Source of the DNA: Spirogloea muscicola
Taxonomy: Eukaryota
Assembly: GCA_009602725.1 (NCBI GenBank)
Contig: WELB01000031.1
Span: forward strand, 131,736 to 175,985
Direction of reading: 5' to 3'
Length of the DNA stretch: 44,250 nucleotides
Made by a program: the position numbers and the translations under genes. Below the pieces are notes generated by a model, which saw nothing but the letters and a program-made list of their open reading frames with translations, had not been told where the DNA came from and searched no databases. Shown here piece after piece: positions 37,201 to 44,250 of the stretch; positions within the stretch are counted from its first letter, which is position 1, and each line of letters opens with the position of its first letter.

Positions 37201-37313
37201 AGCTGGGAGCCGGGAGCCGGGATCTCGGCGGCGGGGGGGCGGGCCCTCACCAGGAGCGCGGCGGCGGCGGCGGCGAGCAGCAGGCGCGGCGCGAGGCGGG
37301 CGGAGGCGGCCAT
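34226..37313 (-). CDS. Secreted plant-type leucine-rich repeat protein (signal peptide, LRRNT, ~10 LRRs, Cys-rich C-cap; no TM, kinase or extensin domain)
   Basis: ATG at 37313, [58 protein letters not shown] (LRRNT); repeats LxxLDLxxNxLSGxIP over several exons; final exons [31 protein letters not shown] (stop 34226-34228, last exon inferred). Confidence 0.88.
37103..37221. repeat. (AGCTGGG)n heptamer tandem repeat in intron 1 of the LRR gene
   Basis: About 15 perfect copies, then two AGCCGGG variants. Confidence 0.95.
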
Positions 37314-37739
37314 GGCGGGCGGGCGAGCTGGCGAGCTTGGGAGCTTGGGGGGGTGGGGAGCTGGCCAGAAGTGGCGGGCTCCGGCGCGGGCGCTCTTCAA
37401 ATACCCCACCCCCCCCCCCCCACCCTGGCGTCAGCACCGGGCTGTCGTCTAGCCCGCCACTTGGCGGGTCGCGTCAGCGTGCCGCGCGCGTGCGCCGATG
37501 TGGCAGCCTCCATCGTCCGCCGCGTGGCCCCAAACGTCTGCTGGGCCGCCGGCGTTGACCGCCGCCGGCGGCGCGGGAGGGGCACTGCGGTGAACCGCCG
37601 GCGGTGGCGCCACCGTCACTTGACGGCCGCTGCTTGCGTCACCCGGCTGCCTGGCCCGTGAGATGGCGCGGGCCCCCTTCGGAGAAAAACTTGGGATGGA
37701 AGAAGGAGACGTTATGGGAGAGATCGAGAAGCGGGGGGA

Positions 37740-38470
37740 GAGGAGCGAGCTTTTCTGGGAAAGAGGGCGGTAGCTGGTGCAAGGCCAGCCCAGAAGAAGC
37801 GGACGAGGCCCACAGAAGCCCCGACACAAAAGCACAAGTGAATCAGTAACGAACAAGTGTTTTCACCACTGGAGAAGAAAGAAAGTGCCCGTCCATAGAG
37901 AAGAAGAAGGCTCGCCCATAAAGAAAGAGGGGCTGGCAAAGCCAACCCAAAAAGAATGGACAGTGTTCGAAGCCAAAGAAAGAAGTGCCGAAAAAGGACT
38001 ACACAGAGGGGAGAGAAGCTATCCATAAGTAAAGTAGACAATATCTCGGACGAACTTCTCTTTAAGGGGGCGAATGGTTGGGAAGGCCAAGCCCGAGAAG
38101 ATTGACAGAGTCTGAATGGAAGCCCCGACGCATAAATGCCAACCAATCAGCAGAACGAGTGGCTACTGTAGTAAGCATAATCCTTTGCTGTCAGAAGAAG
38201 AAATTGCTCGCCCATTGAGGATAGGGGCTGGAAAAGCCAGCCCAAAATAGGCATCGTGTATTAGCCAGCCCAAAAGAGAAATGAACAAAGTACGAGAAAG
38301 GGGGCCAGGGGAAGCACTAAGAAAACCAAGCACACAGAGAAACAAAATCGCTACGAGTCACTCAGTAACCCAACGTCCGAGTCCAGCGAACAGGACTATG
38401 GCAGTTGGAGGCCACCCGAAAAGGCTCTTCCAAAGACGCACGGGTGCTGTGCAAGGCCAGCCAAGAGGAA
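37740..38470 (-). mobile_element. Array of short retrotransposon 3'-end fragments (family 4-like)
   Basis: Stem-loop copies at ~37772, 37931, 38076, 38226 and 38445, all on the minus strand. A ..LGY* ORF end lies at 38362-38373. 37915-38005 closely matches 43073-43170. Confidence 0.7.
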
Positions 38471-38559
38471 GTTGATGAGCACCTAAGTTCAATGAGGACC
38501 CACCTTGAAGTTGGTGGGCTTCCAGAAGTTTCCAGTGATGCCCTGGCTGCTCAATGCAA

Positions 38560-39120
38560 GATGCGGCTACCATGTGAATGTGGAGATAATCGACATAATG
38601 GCCATCACAAGGACGCCCAGGGGCGTCAATTTCCCCACACCTCCGTCATAATTCGTGTACAACCTCGCTATGGACCACGTGCCTTTCCTTGACTTGTTAG
38701 TCCCAGAGGGAAAGCGCGGCCACATTAAGGGGTGGCTGGGAGAGGCCAGAGGCTTCGAAAACCCAGCGTCGATTTCAATTGCTGGCTACGTGGTGAGTTG
38801 TGCAGAGCAAGTCGAAGTTGCAGTAATCTTACTGACCGCATTCTGGTCACCCCGACCAGCTGCCAGCGATGTCTGATCTGTCTTGATTCTCGCTTCCAAG
38901 TCTTGCCCGAGAGGGCCTCGAGGGCGTGCACGCTGTGAGGATGTGCTTTCGGCCAACACGGGCTTGCACTGCATCGCTCTTCTTCAAGCGAGCAGCGTGT
39001 CAGTGTGTCTCCAGCGGGCTTAGGCCAATATTCTGCACCAGAGCTAAGCGAGCTGTGACAGGGGCTTGGAATGTGCCATCCAGAGATCGGCTCTCGTTTA
39101 TCAACTCCTAGCTGACCTGT
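38560..39120 (+). pseudogene. Decayed C-terminal zinc knuckle and RLE region of a CRE-like retrotransposon (related to family 3)
   Basis: Frameshifted and stop-containing peptides CECG...GH (knuckle remnant), IAGYVVSCAEQ, ARCEDVLSANTGL and VSVCLQRA*ANILHQ are collinear with IAGHAVGGAEQ, TRRADVFPAEMGL and VSACLQRAQASALHQ at 40040-40441. Confidence 0.7.
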
Positions 39121-39559
39121 GAGGCGGGAGTCTATGGGAATAGGCGCCTTCTCTCTTTCTGTGTACTGGGACGACACGTTCGACGTAGCGTGTGAAGCAG
39201 TGCTTTCCAGTCCCGGCCGCACAGCCGGGTGGGCCGTGACTCACTAAAAGTGTACATGCGTGTGGCCCGCCTTCGTCCTCGGATCGGGATGCGGTCTGCA
39301 ACGACCACATGTCGCCAAGCCCAAGCACTAGGTAGCAAGCCAGCTTGACCAGAGATCTCAAAGGGCTTGAGATCTCTGGTCACATTGGACTTAGTTGGCT
39401 TGCTACCTTTCGGCCCCATCTAGTGCCTTCCTGCTTCTTGCTTGGACTTGGCCAATCCATAGTGTCTTGGTCATTACACGGATTTTCTCTTACTTGCACT
39501 GTTCTCCAGTATGACCCATAGACAAAATCCCTTTATTGAGTTGAGTACAGCAGCATGCG

Positions 39560-39890
39560 GCACACAAATGGCGGGAGAAGCTTCTGTCAGAAGGTGGCGA
39601 TGGCTGTATAGGGCCAAGCCCAGAAGAAGCCTTTCCAGAGGGGGCATTGCTGTGAAAGGCAAGCCACGAGTGGACATGGCGAAGGCGACATCCCACTTGC
39701 AGAGCACGAGAGAAGGTGCACGGCGCGCGTGAAATGAGAGGGAGGACAAAGCAAGCCGGTACACAAGAAAAAGCTCTTCCAAAGAGGAGAGAAGGCGCGC
39801 AGTTGGCATGGAATGGGAGGGTGGCCAATTGCATCCACTACACTGTTCAGGCAAAGGAAGGCAGTGACTGCGAGAGGCCAGCCCAGTCGA
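39560..39890 (-). mobile_element. Array of short retrotransposon 3'-end fragments
   Basis: Stem-loop copies at ~39602, 39648 and 39866. 39791-39856 is a diverged relative of the 66-bp repeat at 41346 and 42886. Confidence 0.55.
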
Positions 39891-39964
39891 AAGAGCTCAT
39901 CAAGGCAGTAGCTGTGAGAAGTGTCATGCTAAATCCCGTTGACTGCTTATTTGTGTCGATCTGA

Positions 39965-40545
39965 CTAGGACGGCTGACTTGGCTTGACACGTGTCTTCCT
40001 AGGCTGGGTCATACACCTTCGAGGTGACTTAAGCTAAGGATGGAGGACCACTTCTCTTTCCCCCCAGCATCAACACACATTGCTGGGCACGCAGTGGGCG
40101 GAGCAGAGCAAAGAAAACTGCGGCATTACTCCGATTACCCCCAATGCGATCAACTCCTGCCAGCTGCAATCGACATCTTTGGCTGTCTGGGTCCTCGCTT
40201 CCACACTCTGCTTCAAAACATTGCCAATCTAGGCTACACTCGACGCGCAGATGTGTTTCCGGCTGAGATGGGCTTGCCAGCTGCATATCTGTCGCTCTTG
40301 CGACGTCGAGTTTCGGCCTGTTTGCAGCGTGCTCAGGCTAGTGCCTTGCACCAGAAAGCTGGGCGAGCTCTAGTAGGTGGCAGAAGGGCTCCGTTCCTGG
40401 CATCTAGTATTCATGCATCGAGTAGTGACCTTTATATTTAAACCCGTGGTTATTGAGCGGGTCAATCTGCTGTAGGTTATGTAGATTTTTAGATGTGCTT
40501 GCCTTTGTACCTGGCCATTTGGCTTACATTTCTTTCTAATACACG
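39965..40545 (+). mobile_element. 5'-truncated RLE-type (CRE-like) non-LTR retrotransposon, family 3
   Basis: Decayed RTADL...FEVT (PD..D-like region, with stops), then AEQRKLRHY, LLPAAIDIFGCLG, RRRVSACLQRAQASALH and SSSDLYI*TRGY* (true stop 40454-40456). Followed by a CT-rich tail. 40352-40545 is duplicated at 43533-43726. Confidence 0.82.
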
Positions 40546-40621
40546 ATCTATTCTTTCTCTCCCTTTCTCTTCCTTTCTCTCTCTCGACGACAACAACATC
40601 AACCTCTAATCCAATCCAATG

Positions 40622-40800
40622 TCGGGCCGACGTCTTTCCGCCAGCTAGCTTCTCGGACCTGCATCTCCTGTCTAGAGCTTACTGAGCGTTCCCTGGCTGA
40701 TGTCTTAGTCCTAGTCGTTCGCACTCAGGCTCCCTCAGACTGTCCATTCTTTTGGGCTGGCCTTTCCCAGCCACCAGTCAATCTGGCCGCGCTTCCTTTT
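40622..40800 (+). mobile_element. Short 3'-end copy of retrotransposon family 2
   Basis: DVFPPASFSDLHLLSRAY* plus a 3' UTR with the stem-loop at 40755-40772. Inverted match to 32705-32885. Confidence 0.8.
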
Positions 40801-41345
40801 GAGAATGTTCCTGGGCTGTGTGCTCATGTGCTTGCTCCTGTACCTGTCCCTGTGGGTTGTACACAGAGTTGTCAGAGTCTGGATTCCTCCAGTCATGTTC
40901 CTCCATTGGACGTCCTCCAGGTCCAGCAGATCGCCCTCGTTGAGACGGCGGCCCAGCAGAGCGACCTCGTCGCAGCGGCTCAGATGCAGATGTGCTCATG
41001 GCGGCAAACAGATTCAGATCTCAGACAGAGTCAGACGGCACAGGCTCCGCCCTCACCCAAGGTGGGTGGCAGCCAGGGCTAGGGCGCACGGGCGCGTGAC
41101 CGCGTGGCCTCAGATGTTCAGAGTTTTCCGACCGGTGCCCGAGGCCTCCCTTATCCAAGGGAGACTCTAAGGGCCCAATGAGACGGTCGGGATGGTCATC
41201 CACCCCGACCCGCCGATTCAACATATTACAATATTCAACACCTTTAATCCAATGCGGACGACAACAACGGAGCGCCTACAAGGGCCCAGGCCCACACGCG
41301 ACGCCAACCGTCAGAAGACCGTTCGAGGTGCAACAGAGAGAGAGT

Positions 41346-41411
41346 GAAGGCGCGCGGGGCGCATGAATTGAAAGGGAGGCCAATTCAAGCCAATACATTG
41401 TTCAGGCAGAG
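41346..41411 (-). repeat. 66-bp dispersed repeat (copy 1), hairpin-containing
   Basis: Identical by eye to 42886-42951. Confidence 0.9.
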
Positions 41412-42489
41412 TCGAGTGCAGACTAAACAATGCTACATAATACGGAGACCTAACGAGGGAAGCCCACATGAAGGTACCTCAACCACCCACAAGACCGTGA
41501 AGGTGGGCGCTACAGAAGCGGTGGCGGGGCGATCGTGGAACGGACGGCCCACGACAACCGGCTATATTCAGCTAACCACCCAGCGTAGCCAACGGCCAGA
41601 CCTGGCCTATCAGGCAGCGCTAGGATCTTGGCCGCGCCCGGCCCAAGTCGGGGCGAGCAGCCCTTGCAAGTTCTGAAGAGAGTGCTCGCAAGGTTTACCC
41701 TCTTGAGCCCCTCTTCTCAATGGGCGAGCACCTTCTTTCTTGCCGCGAGCCACGCCTGCGCCAACGCCGCGCCATAAAAGCGTAGAGCCTAAGGCAGGAG
41801 CTGCAGCAGCTAGTAAACCTTTGCACGGACCCGCGGCGCGACTGCGAGAAGTCGTGGTGATCTTGTGGTGAGCAGCCTAGAGTATTGTGCTGCGTATCGC
41901 AAGCTTCACTAGGCTGGGCACTAGTTTTCAGGTTGCATCAATCAAGGTTGTGCATTGAGGCCTAGTAGCACCATCATCGATTGGCATTCACTGACCTTGC
42001 ACAAGTGATCATCTTGTGGACAAGGGGCTGCACACTTGCTTGTGTGTCTACTCTTTATATATATATATTGCTCGCATTTCAAGACACACTTGTATGCTTG
42101 CATCGCACCGTCAAAGTGGTAGACAGTGGCTGCGAGTCGCTTAGTTCTGGATACTAGATACAACTGCTCAGTAGACAGTCATCACCCTCTTACTTGCAAA
42201 GCGGACTCTTGTCTTAGCGCTGGACTCCTGTCTTAGCGCTGGACTCTCTAGCACTGCTCTTGAGCAAAGTCCTAAGCAATGGTATGAGAACAGTCCAATG
42301 CAATAGAAGTCAAGCAAATGTTGTGAGACTATCAACAATTCTCAATGTTGGCCTCTCATCGGACTGTTTCTTTCAGCCTGGCCAATGGGATCGACAATCC
42401 CTTTCGGTTTGTTTGTTTGTGGAGTCTGGCAAGTCATTACTTGTCCTTATTCTAGACCTATCGACGCCTTCTCGCATAGACGCCTTCTC

Positions 42490-43400
42490 GCATGACAGAG
42501 GCCAGCCCTAAGGAATGACAGAGAACGTAGCTCTCCCAAAGGGGGCGAGCTGTAAGTGACCAGCCCGAAAAGGATCAGGTCCGAAGAGACCAAACTGGGC
42601 TCAAATGAACAAGGTCTGAAGGAGGTGATGGCTGTGAAGCGAGCTGTAAACAGCCAGCCCGAAGAGAAGGAGGTCCAAAGGGGCCAAAAGAAACAAGGAC
42701 GCTTCCAGAAGAGGGCGGTGGCTGTGAGAGGCCAGCCCAGGAAAGAGAATGAAGAACCTTTGAAGGGGCCAGATAAAGCGCTAAAACACACCCAAAAAGT
42801 AAGTAGCTATGACACTCAGTAACCCCTGTTGAGCGGGCGCAGGTCGGAGAAACTGGTCTCCTGGTAGCGGGTTCAAAAAGGGAGGGAAGGCGCGCGGGGC
42901 GCATGAATTGAAAGGGAGGCCAATTCAAGCCAATACATTGTTCAGGCAGAGAAAGAGTTCAAAAAGAGAAGGACGCTTCCAGGAGAGGGCGGTGGCTCTG
43001 TAAGCCTAGCCTAGGAAGAAAATAAACAAAGAATGAACGAAGTTCGAAGGGGCCAGGGAAAGAAGAAAGTGCCCGCCCATAGAGAAGAGGGGCTGGCAAA
43101 GCCAACCCAAAAAGAATGGACAATGTTCAAAGCCAAAGAAAGAAGTGCAGAGAAAGCGCTGAAGCACACAAGGAATCAAGTGACTACGAAGCAATCAGTA
43201 ACCCTATTGAGCCGGAGTGCCACTTCTTCTATTGAGCCGCAGGTCGGAGAAACTGGTCTCCTGGTAGCGGGTCCCTGGCCAGGGCCAGAGGCTGCAGCTA
43301 AGGCACGACCGGCACGCAGATGCAGCGCGCGTGCCATGGACCTCTGCAGCGAAATGGACAGGCACAGGCGATACACCTGCGCTAGCGATCCTGCTGCATG
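42490..43400 (-). mobile_element. Head-to-tail array of retrotransposon 3' ends (family 4 and relatives)
   Basis: Two ORF ends (AGSLAQVYRLCLSISLQRSMARALHLRAGRALAAASG...GY* at 43400-43195; RYQETSFSDLRPLNRGY* at 42872-42816) and stem-loops at ~43091, 42994, 42904, 42720, 42642 and 42548, plus a partial one at ~42500. All are on the same strand. Confidence 0.78.
42886..42951 (-). repeat. 66-bp dispersed repeat (copy 2)
   Basis: Identical by eye to 41346-41411 and embedded in the 3'-end array. Confidence 0.9.
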
Positions 43401-43532
43401 GGCATCCGCCTCCCCCCCATGGTACCAAAAAGAAGGAAGAGCTCGCCCATAGATAAGAAGAGCCCAAAAAACGAATGTACAATGTCCAAAGCCAAAAGGA
43501 AAAGGGAATGCACTACAAAACACAGGACGATG

Positions 43533-43726
43533 CAGAAAGCTGGGCGAGCTCTAGTTGGTGGCAGAAGGGCTCCGTTTCTGGCATCTAGTATTCATGCATC
43601 CATTAGTGACCTTTATAATTTGACCCGTGGTTATTGAGCGGGTCAATCTGCTGTAGGTTATGTAGATCTTTAGATGTGCTTGCCTTTGTACTTGGCCATT
43701 TGGCCTACATTTGTTTCTTATACACG
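43533..43726 (+). mobile_element. Short 3'-end copy of retrotransposon family 3
   Basis: QKAGRALVGGRRAPFLASSIHASISDLYNLTRGY* plus a 3' UTR. Near-identical to 40352-40545. Confidence 0.85.
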
Positions 43727-43846
43727 GAATTCTCGATGCAGAGGGAAGCTCAGTAGCCAGAAAGGGCATTAGTGAACGAGTTCTGAAGAAGGTGATCGGC
43801 TGTGAGGCCCACAAAGTCGTCGAAGGCGTGCTTCCCTCCCTGTACT

Positions 43847-44115
43847 CGGTGGCTCGGTGCCTTTGGGTCTTGTGTCCTGCTACCGTATGCGCTTGTCTAT
43901 GTCCCTACAGCGGTCCCAGGCGATTGCTTTGCATCGCCGGGCTGGTCGCGCCCCTGCAGCAACCTCTGGTTTGCGCAGTGGGGTTGCTCTTGCTCCCCTT
44001 AGCTCATCTGACTTCCTACTGCTGATACGGGGGTATTGAGGGCGCCCTGTCTGCCTAGCCTTTGGCTCCGTCATGAACACCTGTATGGTTTTGTTGGGTT
44101 GGCTCTCAACGGCCC
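43847..44115 (+). mobile_element. 3'-end copy of retrotransposon family 1
   Basis: GGSVPLGLVSCYRMRLSMSLQRSQAIALHRRAGRA...SSSDFLLLIRGY* plus a 3' UTR and the stem-loop at 44097-44114. Inverted match to 4744-5009. Confidence 0.82.
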
Positions 44116-44119
44116 CCCG

Positions 44120-44250
<131 letters not shown>

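Noticed and set aside
36838..37661. ORFs with PAPSSQL or WELGAGS repeats
   Set aside because: Translations of the intronic heptamer tandem repeat.
39130..39420. Minus-strand HVVVADR...RDWKALLHTLRR as another RLE remnant
   Set aside because: Plausible given the context, but too degenerate to call without an alignment.
42490..43400. CRISPR-like repeat-spacer array
   Set aside because: The repeats are degenerate and irregularly spaced, the intervening sequences are homologous to each other and to retroelement ORF ends, and there are no cas genes in this eukaryotic context.

Overview
Eukaryotic nuclear DNA from a GC-rich green plant lineage, probably a streptophyte alga (inference from gene content and intron style). 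It is a draft assembly with two large N gaps, three single-N joins, homopolymer junk and an Illumina adapter remnant. Positions 1-37313 hold a compact run of mostly spliced genes: a conserved TPR-like membrane protein, MCM-BP/ETG1, RPB12, a putative small membrane protein, mitochondrial-type malate dehydrogenase, a GT61 glycosyltransferase, a bacterial-type GH5 endoglucanase, SYP4/syntaxin-16, a DUF1997 protein, a UIM plus EF-hand protein, a membrane RING protein, the ACCase carboxyltransferase alpha subunit and a secreted LRR protein. Positions ~37700-44120, plus scattered intergenic and intronic sites, consist largely of 5'-truncated 3' ends of at least four diverged families of restriction-like-endonuclease (CRE-like) non-LTR retrotransposons. 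Their ORFs end in ...SDLxLLTRGY*. About 20 copies, counted by eye, of a 3' stem-loop (GGCUG-GCCUUUCA-CAGCC) show mostly pairing-preserving variation, and the 3' ends are stacked head-to-tail in short arrays. This is the best candidate for an undescribed system. All exon boundaries and family assignments were made by eye, without searches.
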